Of a DNA stretch of 64,000 nt, positions 36,701 through 49,000 are shown one piece after another. Each line of letters opens with the position of its first letter. Position 1 is the stretch's first letter. The stretch is taken from positions 139,748,001 to 139,812,000 of the forward strand of contig NC_042998.1 of assembly GCF_006345805.1 (NCBI RefSeq). The letters run 5' to 3'. The notes under the pieces were generated by a model. That model saw only the letters and a program-made list of their open reading frames with translations, did not search any database and had not been told where the DNA came from. The translations under genes and the position numbers were made by a program. The DNA is from Octopus sinensis (Eukaryota).

Positions 36701-37785
36701 AAGCTGGCCATTGGTATGGGTAAAAACACACACACATACACATAAATATCAAAAGTTGTTGGCTGATCTAAGAACAGTGAATACATTGTTATAGAAAGAA
36801 AAATATTATATAATCAAATGAGACATACAGAATTTGTAGTTAGTTATCTTTGCTTGAAGTCAGTTACATTTGTCATATTTATCTACAGCCAATTGTACAC
36901 ATCATAAACCGTCATTGATCTGCATATTACATAGTTACTTATAATTGACATGTTTACGTGTCATGAGTGCTGTGCTGTTTGTTGATTTTTACCTTTAAAT
37001 GCTAGCATACTCCTGTTATTCACCATACATATCCTACTTTTGTTCGTCATATACACTAGAAACATACCCATTTATTCAACATACATTTCCTAATTTCATC
37101 CACCATATATACAAGTTACTCTCACTGAGAAAACACCTCAGCTTCCAGTTCATTGCACACAATACTCTCCTTTGATGTAAAGGTGATATTGAAGATCAAA
37201 CCATATAACTAATAGCAATAATAATTTCATGATACTCTTAACCCTTTAGCATTCAGATTACTCTGTCAGATGTAATGCTTCTTTATTCACATTGTTTTGG
37301 ATTAACCATGTATCAAGATCTCAACTTTGAGATCTTGATGTGATTATTATTTTTAGAATGACATTGTAGAACAGGTGTGAGAGGCTGGATCTGGCTGGTT
37401 TTAACATAAAGCAGGTAGAATATTTTGGCCAGATATGGCTGGTTTAAGTACTAAAGGGTTAAATAACTCTCTCTGTCATTGATTCAGTAAATGTTATATT
37501 TTTTTGAGTCCATAACCACAGGCATGACTGTGTAAATATGCAGTTTGTTTTGCCATCACATGGTTTTTCAGTCTTATCTCACTGTCTGGCAGCCTAGACA
37601 AGTGTTTTCTTCTATAGTCTCAGACTGATCAATACCTTGTGAGTGGAAATGGTAGATGGAAACTATATGGAAACCGGTCATTTTTTAGATTAACAATCAT
37701 GTTAATCATTTTATTCACTCTCAGACTTATCTTAAGCTCTTTATTCTGAGTGACCAGATATAGCTTCTTTTTAATTTGTCACTCC

Positions 37786-37832
<47 letters not shown>

Positions 37833-40800
37833 AGAATTTATGAAAAAAACAAAAGACGAAGACAGGTGGTGTACAAAACAAACAGATGTATTAGTATAAA
37901 GCTCAGGAATAGAAAAAGTCTTTTACGTTTCGAGCCTACACTCTTCTACAGAAAGGGACACAGAAAAAACAAGGAGAGAAAAAAAAAAATATATATATAT
38001 ATATCCACGAACTGACAAAACACATACCTTGTGCATGTGTGTTTGATATTGTTTATATCATTCGGGCTGCTTCTCTTTCGTATTGAAATGTTTGTATGTG
38101 TGTTTGAGTGAATGCTTACTTTCTCCACTTTCATATGAAAACATTGAGCTTAAAAAGTGTTTGTTGATATTTCCTGATAAGAAAAATCATAATCTCTGGC
38201 TCAGCACTTTCAAAGACATGCAGAATAGAAATCCTTTATTGAAAACAAAGGTTTGTGATAGGAAGGACTTTAAAAACAGTACCTTAATAATAATATGTGT
38301 TCATGACAAAAAAAACAACAACCCTTTAGCATTCATGCTAGCATGAAAAGAAAAAGAAAACAGACATAAAATAAACTAAGTTAATCTTAGTTCAGTCATT
38401 TTTCTTCTCTTATCTTTTCAGCTCTCAACATTACCCTTGGCTCATTCTACAATGATAATGTATTGATCAGACCAACGCAAGTGGTCAGTATACTTGCTGC
38501 TGCACGGTTACTGCAACTGGTAAGATTCCATAACATTTCAACTTTAGCATAACTGCGAGAACAAGAAAATGGATGGCTGATCTAATGGTAACAAGTTCAA
38601 ACTTGGTATACCCCGCTAGTCAAGGTGTAATAGGAAATAGGGGCTATATCCTCCTGATGGATAAGTTGTTAGCCATATGGGAGGACAGCTAGCTCTACAA
38701 ATATTTTTTCTTGCAATCTGTATGTTCTGCATATATATGTACCTTTTTTTTTATTCTTTTACTGCCCTTTGAATGGCAGATCAAGAAATTAATTTTTTGG
38801 AACTAAACACTTTCAAACTTCGGACACTGGTAGAATGTGTCATATAAAATATCTTTTACTGTTAGTGTTGTTGAGAAAAGTTTGTATTTTCAAAGTTATC
38901 TCGTGTTAAAGTAGTCGTATTTCGATAATTTCAACCAATCAATGACGTGCATTCAGCTGAATAAAATTACTGCTGTTGTTTATCAACAACAACTTCCAGC
39001 AGTGTATATTTCGTTTGTCACTGTTATTTATCACATATTGCATCTCTGTTACGTTTGTATGAATAAACGAGTGTATCTGAAGCATTTTTACTTCATGGCA
39101 CCACCACAATCATTCGTGCATTTCTACTGCTTTAAGTTTTTTTTTTTCCTGTTTTTCAGCTACTATTTTTGGAAATACTTTTTTGCCCTCTACCCCTCCA
39201 ATTTCTTCATTTTTCACTTTTTTCCGTAACTCTAACCCTAACCATAAAATCCCAACCCTAACTCTAAAACCCTAACTCTTACTCTAAATTCCTAACCCTA
39301 AAACCCTAATCCTAAAACTCTAACCCTAAAACCTTAACCCTAACTCTACCTCTAAAACCCTAAAGCTAAAACCAGTACAAATGCACGAATGATGTCATAA
39401 ATAACAGTGACAAATGAAATATACACTGCTGATAGTTGTTGTTGACAAACAACAGCAGTAATTTTATTCAGCTGATTACACGTCATTGATTGGTTGAAAT
39501 TACCGAAATATGACAACTTTAACACGAAATAACTTTGAAAATATAAACTTTTCTCAACAACACTAAGAGTAAAAGATATGACACATTCTACCAGTGTCCG
39601 AAGTTTGAAAGTGTTTAGTTGCAAAAAATTAATTTCTTGATCTCAATTAATTGACTTTGCCTTTCATCCTTTCGGGGTCAATGAAATAAGTACCAGTTAT
39701 GCACTGAGGTTGATGTAATCGTCTAGCCCCCACCCCAGGCCTTGTGTCTATAGTAGAAAGGATTATTATCATTAAAATCCAGAAAATGGAGAAGTAGCAT
39801 TAATATAATTTATTAACTGCAAAAATTCAACATGTTCACTTAACGCTGTTTTGATTTTGCCCAAACATGTAATAACATAACGATGCATAGCACCTTGGGT
39901 AAGCGGCTCCTACTATAGCCAGGCTGAACAGCCTCATGTGTGGCTTTGGTAGATGGAAACTGAAAGAAGCCCATATGTGTGTGTTTTCTCTCCACCATTT
40001 GACAATCAGTGCTGGTGTGTTTACATCCCCATAATTTAGCATTTTTGCCAAAGAGACTGTTAGAATAAGTATCAGTCTTTAAAAAATCAGTACTGGGGAT
40101 GATTCAGTTGACTAAAAATTCTTCCTGACAGTGCTTCAGCATGCCCACAGTCTAATGACTGAAACAAGTAAAAGAATAAAAATGGCGTCATTTATTTGCA
40201 GTCATTGGCAGCAACATGACTGGGCTCTTCATTGTTTGATAGTCAGGGAGATTGTTACCTCACTTAGAAACTGGTAACTTAGTGCTATGAAGGGCATCTG
40301 GCCATAGAAGATCCTGCCTCAATTTAGCCACGTCTAATACATGGAAGCATGGAAAAGTAGATGTTAGAACCCTTATTTTTATATCAAATGCTCTTTTCAG
40401 TTTGCTTGGCTGACACAAAGGTTTCACACCAACTTCAAAGTTGAAAAATGTTTATTAAAGCTAGTTAGTTATAGAAAAAAAGTCAATTACTTGGGCATTA
40501 TGGAAAAGTTCTAGTTTCTGAAAAATAGCCCCATGTATGCTTGTGTGGAAAAATAAAGTGTACAATTAAAAGATTCAATAACTATCTCACCTCCAATACA
40601 CAAATGTGCTTTGTCAGTTGTCAAAAAGTCAATGTTTTAACATTTGTATTTATTTGTAAAAGAAAATATTTAATTAACCAGTTGATTCTACTACTTCAAC
40701 AGGAAGACCTTATCCAACAATGTGAGTCAATTATGAAAGATTCTATTAGGTAAGTGACACATCTTTCATCTTCTTTCAATAATAATAATAGCGGTTCGGC

Positions 40801-43019
40801 AAAAGAGACCGATAGAATAAGTACTGGGCTTACAAAGAATAAGTCCTGGGGTTGATTTGCTCGACTGAAGGTGGTGCTCCAGCATGGCCGCAGTCTAATG
40901 ACTGAAACAAGTAAAAGAGTAAAGAGTAAATATAAATTTTAAAAAACCACCTTAAAGGATCGAAAATATCCAATGAATTACTGGTTTGTTACCTATTATT
41001 TTGTTGTGAATAGTAATATTCCTAAAATAATAGGTTTAAATATAAATCTTGGTTTATAAATATTCAAATTAAAATCCAGAAAATGGAGAAGTAGCATTAA
41101 TGTAATTTATTAACTGCAAAAATTCAACATGTTCCCTTACAGCTGTTTCAGTAATTAAAACATTATTGGGTAAAATCTCGTCAGAGGAGTAAAGGTTATT
41201 ACATGTTTGGGCAAAATCAAAACAGCATTAAGTGAACATGTTGAATTTTTGCAGTTAATAAATTATATTAATGCTACTTCTCCATTTTTCTGGATTTTAA
41301 TAATAATAATAATAATCCTTTCTACTATAGACACAAGGCCGGGGGTGGGGGCTAGACGATTACATCAACCTCAGTGCATAACTGGTACTTATTTGTATGA
41401 AAGGATGAAAGGATAAGTCAACCTTGTTGGAATTTGAATTCAGAATGTAAAGACAGACAAAATGAATGATGATGATGACGATGACGACAACGAGATTGGT
41501 GCTGAGTATCTTCCATGACACTTAACACCTAAGTACCAAGTTTTATAATATGTGGAAAGAGACCCTGTGAGATCTTTGGCAACAGAATGCAGTCCACTCT
41601 CACAGAATTAACTAGAGCAAGTAAGATCGAGAGCTCTGAGAAGTAAAATATAATAATAATAATAATAATAATAATAGTAGTAGTAGTAGTAATGAATGTA
41701 TTGTATACAGTGCTCAGATACACTACAACTTGTTGGAAAAGAGTAAAAGAGGAGACAGAAAGCAAACAACAATAAGTCAAATAGAGAAAGACAGGAATGA
41801 TAGCCAAAAGTGCATGCAAGGTACACATAGCTGCTTGTTCTATTCCAGTTCATTTTTGGTAATTCACTCATATTCAATAAAAATGTCTTTATTATTGGTT
41901 GATTGATTTTAATACCAAGTAACTAGGATTATCAAGGAATTAATGAAAAATTAATCTAGTTTCTACACCAAAAATATAACATTATCCATTCACTGAAAAT
42001 AAAAATTTATATTAATATACACACTGGAAGAAGCCTGGGATTAAAATACCAATCTGTACCACATTATAATGTGTAAACAAGTGTGGAACAGCACTAGGTT
42101 TAATATTCTATCTCAGGGAAACCCACCAAGGAGACTTGTATGTTATAAACATTCATTCAGAATACCAGTGGATCACCAGATACAGATGTTTGAACCCGAT
42201 TTGGTCTCCTCAGTGGTATATACCCAAAAACGTTCTGAATTAAGCCAAAACTGCTTGTTCTGATATAGAAATCAATAAACAAAACATTTACTGATTTGTG
42301 TGAAAGCTAGTCAGACTAGAACTATGAAACTTTAAGAGAAAATGTAAGGCGGTGAGTTGGTAGAATCATTAGCACATTGGGCAAAATGCTTTGTGGTATT
42401 TTGTCTGCTTTTACATTCTGAGTTTAAATTCCTCTGAGGTCGACTTTACCTTCCATCCCTTTTGAGGTCACTAAAATAAGTACCAGTTGAAAACTGGGTC
42501 GATATAATTGACTTATCCCCTTCCCCAAAATTGCTGGTCTTGTGCCAAATTTTGAAACCAATATTAATAAAAGATATCACTTGAATTTTATCTTCAGTTT
42601 GAAAATATATTTTGTAATTGTTCTGTTCTGTTTGTTTGTAGTGCCACAACAGTCTGTAAATATTACATGGGAGCTACTATGTATGGCGCCTTGGATGTAG
42701 AATCTCAGTGCTTACAATGGCTACAAAGAAACTTACTTTCTCTGCGAGAAATTGATTTGCTCAAAGACATTAGGTAAGTGTCACTATTCATTGTCATTTA
42801 AAATAAAAAATAATAATAATTTCTTTCTGTCCACAAGCTAACAAAATTTAACAGTTACATGCTTTTTGTTTTTATTTGCTGAATTTGGAGAAACGAGAAG
42901 AGCCCCTGACTGACCCTTGCTGCCCTTCTGAAGCTGGTGGGGTTGATGGTGTTAATGTTGCATTTAAACAGGTCAACAACCGCAGAAAAGATATAAGCAG
43001 GGAGAAGATTCCAGAAGAT

Positions 43020-43054
<35 letters not shown>

Positions 43055-46000
43055 GTATCTTGATGAACCAATGGATCAATAGATGGATGATACTTGAATA
43101 GCTACATAGATTAGCCCACTGTGTGTAGTGGCTAATATATATATATATATATATATATATTAGCCACTAGACACATTTTTTTGTTACCTTGTTTTTTCTG
43201 TGTCCCTTTCTGTAGAAGAGCGTAGGCTCGAAATGTAAAAGACTTTTTCTATTCCAGAGCATTATACTAATAACCACCTGTACACCACCTGTCTTCGTCT
43301 TTTGTTTTTTTCGTAAACTTTCCCTATATATATATGTATCTTTGTATGTATGTGTAGGCATGTGCGTTTGTGTCTCTATTTTTTTAACGTTTGAATTAAG
43401 GAGGGAGAGGCAGTGCCCATGACTTTTACAAGCCCTTTGAGACTAGTGAAATTGATGCCGTTAATGTTCTGTTTAATTTGTTGAAGGTTAACACTAGCCA
43501 GAAAGACATGAGCTGGGAGGAGATTCCAGAGGGATTATGTTCTGAAGAGGATGGACTGAGTATAATAGTGCAGGGAAAGTTGAGTTAGCTGCACCAAGAG
43601 CGATCAGAGGTGGAATGACGAGTGTGTTAAAGGTACCTGAGTGGTGCTCCGTATATAATGCTTGCAAAAGTTAGTTTTAAGGAAGTTCTATGCAGTCATA
43701 AAGGGGCAAATTGGCAGAGTTGTTTGTGCATTAGATAGAATGCTTTGTGGCATGTGATCTGAGTTCAAATCCCACCAAAGTCAACTTTACCTTTCATCTT
43801 TTTTATGGTCAGTAAAAGTCTCCATTTACAACAGTGGATTGGCAGAACTGGTAGAGAGTTGGGCAAGATGCAATGAAGCATCTGTTCTGGTTCTTCACAT
43901 TCTGATATCAATATCTATAATGACACTGGGACCAAGTTGTATTGGTTCTTAGGTGATTGTTTTTTCTTGGACACCACTGATGGTGTGGAGAAAGGAAACT
44001 TGCATGCATGGACAACTGCCAGTCTTCCATGAAAAGGGAAGAACTTATCTAGGCTTAAATATACAGTTGCAAATGAGGTCATACAATTTGCTAAAAATAG
44101 CAGCATTCAAATCACAATCTAACAGCCTTATAAAAGGAAGGATGTTTTGATAATATAGTTTTAGATATATTGTTTAAAAAAAATGGGCTGGATGGTCACA
44201 TCCAGAATGTCTTTTATCAGAGATCTATATAATCAGAACTTGGGATTAAACAACAGCTTGTATTTTGGTATTTATTTGCAATGAGCTGAGCTATTGAAAG
44301 TTTAAGTGGTAGAATGGATTTAAAACTTGGTTGAATGAGTGTGAACTGGAAAGATGGATGTAAAACATGGTAGTATGAATGTAAAGTATGGTAGACTAGC
44401 TGTGAAATGTGGTAGAACTGATGCAAAAACAGTAAAGAAAATGTCTCTTTGACATTTTTAATTATTATTGGTTCTGTTGTCTTTCAGTTGTGAATTGATG
44501 GAAAAGATCGTTGGCTCACCCAATCTTTGTGTCCTACAAGTTGAATTAGATGTATATACATTAGTGAAAAAGGTGAGTATATATACATATATATATAAAC
44601 ACACCAGCCATGTAACCACACACATGCTATTCTTGGACTATTCTTTTCCTTCACTCGGACCTTTCCTATTTCCTCTTACTAATGAAGAGCCAGGCGCAAA
44701 TGTCACCCACCCCCACTTTATCCATCTTAAAATGAGCATCAACCAAATACATTCACTGTATATGTCCTTTTGAGTTTTGTTGTTTTTTTATTTGCCTTAT
44801 ATATATGTGTATATATATATATACGAGCAAAACGCACCCCGTCCAATGGACGGTGCTGAGTTGTCAAGCATTTAAACCAAATTTTCTCAAAACAACTTGT
44901 CCGACCATCCCATAGGCCTCCCTTTGAGAAACACTGATTTAACCTAAATTTGAGACACCAGCAAAAGAAGAAATAAAGATAGACTTTTTTTCTATTCCAA
45001 GAAAAAAGATTTTACAAATGCATGTTCCCACGGCTTTATTAATCGCATTCTCATCTGGAATCGACTTTTGTAATTTTCTCAAAACTTATACATGCCCTGA
45101 TACCGTCGGTATCTACATATCAAATTTGAGTGCAATAGGATGGAGGATGCCCGAGATCCTAGAAGACACACAGATAGACAAACAGAACGGATTTTATATA
45201 ATGTATATATATATATATATGTATGTATGTAGTGACTCATTACATTGTGATTTTGCTTTGTTTCTCCATACTGTTTTGTTTCAGTAGATTGGTAAAAAAA
45301 TTAAAAAAGAATAAAAATAATCCTCTGAATAAGAAAAATCCTTACTAAAAGACAACAATGCTCCCAAAAATACAGTATATCAATGATTCAATAGATGCTA
45401 ACTTTCCAGTAATTATCTTTTCTATTGTCATTATCGTTATCAGCATCATTGCTTTCAATGTTCACTTTTCCATGCTTGCATAGATCAGATGGAATTTATT
45501 AAGACAGGTTTGATACAGGCAGATGCTGTTCCTGTCACCAACCCTTGTCTCTTTCCTAGAAAGGAAATATTTCCCCATGGCCAGACCTTTTTTTTCACAG
45601 AAGATTGGAAGCAAAGGACACCACTTGTATGATGATGGTGGTGCTCATTTACAACTGTCACACAATGTCAAGCCAAGCCGACTCTATCACACACACATGT
45701 GTGTGTGTACATATGTATGTATATACATACACACACACATATATATATATTATATATATTTATATATATATACACACACACACATAACGTGCATGTACAA
45801 CAAAGTGTAAATGTCTTGAGAGAAAAAAGAGGCATCAGATGGTGTGTGCAAGAGAGACAATTGTGCTGGTATGATCATGTGATGCATATGGACAAGGACA
45901 GCTGTGTAAAGGTGTGCCAATCTCTGAGGAGGGAACATGTGGAAGAGGTAGACCCAGGAAGACATGGGACGAGGTGGTGAAGCATGATCTTGAATGTTGG

Positions 46001-49000
46001 GCCTCATGGAAGCAATGACAAGTGACTGAGACCTTTGGTGATACACTGTGCTTGTGAAATCGTAGTTGTGGCCGATGCCAGCGTCACACAACTTGCATCC
46101 ATGCTGGTGGTACATAAAATGCGCCTATTACACTCTTGGAGTGGTTAGCATTATGAAGAGCATCTGGCTGTAGAAACCATGCCAAATCAGACTGGTGCCT
46201 GGTGCAGCTCTCCAGCTTTCTAATTCCAGTCAAACTGCTTAACTCATGCCTGCATGGAATGCAGACATTAAATGATAATGATGATATATATGATATGTAT
46301 ATCAGCTTTTCCAATTTCTGCCTACCAAATCTATTTGCAAGGCTTTCTTCAGCCTAAAGCTATAGTAGAAGACACTTGCCCAAGGTAGGATTGAACCCAT
46401 ACAATTGAAGACAAGTTGGGAGACAAGTAAACCTCTTAACCATTTAACAGTACAAGGATCCAGAAAGATTGCAATACTTTAGCTGCAGTAAAATCCAGTG
46501 CAACCTTCTTTAAAAATGAAAATAGCTGTACTCTGTTACAGCTTATGTTCTGTCATTATTTTGGTCTGTAACTTAACAGTGATACCAAAATGTGTCGAGA
46601 GATATCTAATTTTATTTCATGACTCAAAAAGTAGTGTGAAATTGTTTACAACTTTTTGCTCTGTTTTATTTTTATGTGTAAAGCTATGACTACCAATTAT
46701 ACTAGACAGATTTTCTTTTGTCTGCTCTTTCTCTGCATATTTTTACAGAGTGAGGCAGAAAAACCTCCCATGTTGTCTATGGCCATTGTTATGGCACTAC
46801 TGAAGTTAGGCAAATGGTAATGGTGTCTGCATGCGGCTAATGTTTTACCATTTCTTCTTCAGTTACCATCAAAGTTTGAACTAGTGCATACTGTGTTTCT
46901 TGTTGAAACATTTGTTAGCTTTTAAAATGTGGGAAGCTTTTTTTGACACATCTTGCATTAGAAAAAGGCTATTATTTGTAACTGTGTTGTTTGATAAGCA
47001 AACAACTCAGACACGTACATATATGCATATACACTTCAACATTCATTGGTCACTCTCAAAATATGCCCCACAAACACTCTCTCTCACTCACTCACTCACT
47101 CTCTCACTCACTCACTCACTCTCACTCACTCACTCTCTCTCTCTCTCTCACTCACTCACTCTCACTCACTCACTCTCACTCACTCACTCACTCTCACTCA
47201 CTCACTCACTCTCTCTCTCTCTCTCAACTACCTTATTCTCAATTTGGCTCCTTCTGAACTTACTGTATGAATATGTTTGTTACAAGTAATTTTGAAAATT
47301 AGGGAGAATTTAGTGAAATACTGTTGTCATTATTAAGCTGACATTTGGAACATAAATCAATATGAAATTTTGATGGAAAGTTTTTAGATCACTTTAACCC
47401 TTTTGTTGTCATATTTTTTTCTAAAATACACTGCCTCTGTTCAATTAATTTTGAAAATTAGGAAGAATTTAGGGAAGTAACTTTATCATTATTAAGCTGT
47501 TGTTTGGAACATAAATTAACATAGAATTTTGATGGAAGGTTTTACTTTAGGTCACTTTAAAGGAGGATGTTTGTATTATACAAGCGAGAGCAGTTTCAGT
47601 GAATTGGCATCAAAAGGGTTACTAATGACATACTTTTATTTTCAAAATCATTTGAAACAAAGGCATAATATTTCAATAGAAATATGATAACAAAGAGGCT
47701 AAATAAGTTTGCTGGATTTCTTGGTCTGATGGAGGGAGAGAGAGAGAGAGAGAGAGTTCTTGTCACTGTTTTTGTAGGATTACTAAGATTCTAGGTGCAG
47801 ATATGAATAATAAAAATAGCATAATCCTAATCTCAAATGTTACCAATTTAATCTGTTGCTTGCCTATTTCTTAACATCATTGCTGAATTAAATGAAACTC
47901 GTTACTGCATCCTGTTGATAAAAATCTTTGTTTCCTTGCAGTGGTTATATCTCCAGTTGTTTCCTGATTTCGAAGGAGACATGACCAGTCTCTCAGAACA
48001 AATGGGTTACTTCAAAGGGCTTGCTGAAGGTTAGATCATCATCATCATTGTCATCAAATTTTTGTTGGTATTTTTATTATATTTCACAATTTTTTTTTTT
48101 CTCTGAAGTATCTTTTATGTTTTACTTGTTTCATTCATTGGACTGTGGTCATGCTGGGGCACTGCCTTGAAGGATTTAGTTGAACAAATCAACCCTAGTA
48201 CTTATTATTTGAATCTGGTAGTTATTCTGTCAGTCTCTTTTGTTGAACCACTAAGTTACAGAGTCATAAACAAAGGAACACCAGTTATCAAGCGATAACA
48301 CTGAGGACAAGCATAAACACATACACACCTGCAAACACACACACACACACACACATGATGGGTTTCTACACAGTTTCCACTGACCAAATTCACTCACAAG
48401 GCATTTGTCAACTGGATCTATAGTAGAAGATAGTTGACCAAGATGCCATACAGTGGGACTGAACCCAAAGCCATGTTGCAAAGTGAGCTTCTCAACCATA
48501 CAGCCATGCCTGCACCTAACCATGTCTGCATTTAGCCATGTAATGTTTAATGATGAAGAGATAAAATTAATAAGCAGCTAAATTAGTGAATTACTAGTTC
48601 ACAGGTTCACATCAACTGTAGTTATTTTAATGTGTTTTTCAACTGGACATTTAGTCTACTTTACCTCAGTCTACATAACTGTCAGGAATATGAATCAGAT
48701 TGTCTAAGAATATTGTCTGCAATTGACTGGTGTCTTATCAAGAGGAATGTTTTTATATTTTTCATCCACTTCACATTAAGTAGCCAAAAACTAAATACCA
48801 AGAACCATTTGAATTTTATGCAGCATTTCCACTAGATAAAAAGTTTAGTGGTATTTGCATCAATTAAATTGGCTATAGAGATTCTACTTGCTCATTTGAC
48901 CTACTGTAACTCTTTAGCATTTAAACCAGCCATATCTATTTTATATCCGAACTGGCCAGATCAAGCCTCTTACACCTACTCTGCAATGTCATTCTAAAAA

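Noticed and set aside
39227-39372. Telomere or chromosome-fusion site
   Set aside because: The repeats are degenerate, short and enclosed by the arms of a foldback element within an intron.
44655-44710. CTAATGAAGAGCCAGGCGCAAATGTCA, a further hammerhead-like remnant
   Set aside because: Both catalytic boxes are mutated; at most a decayed pseudo-LTR, too degenerate to call.
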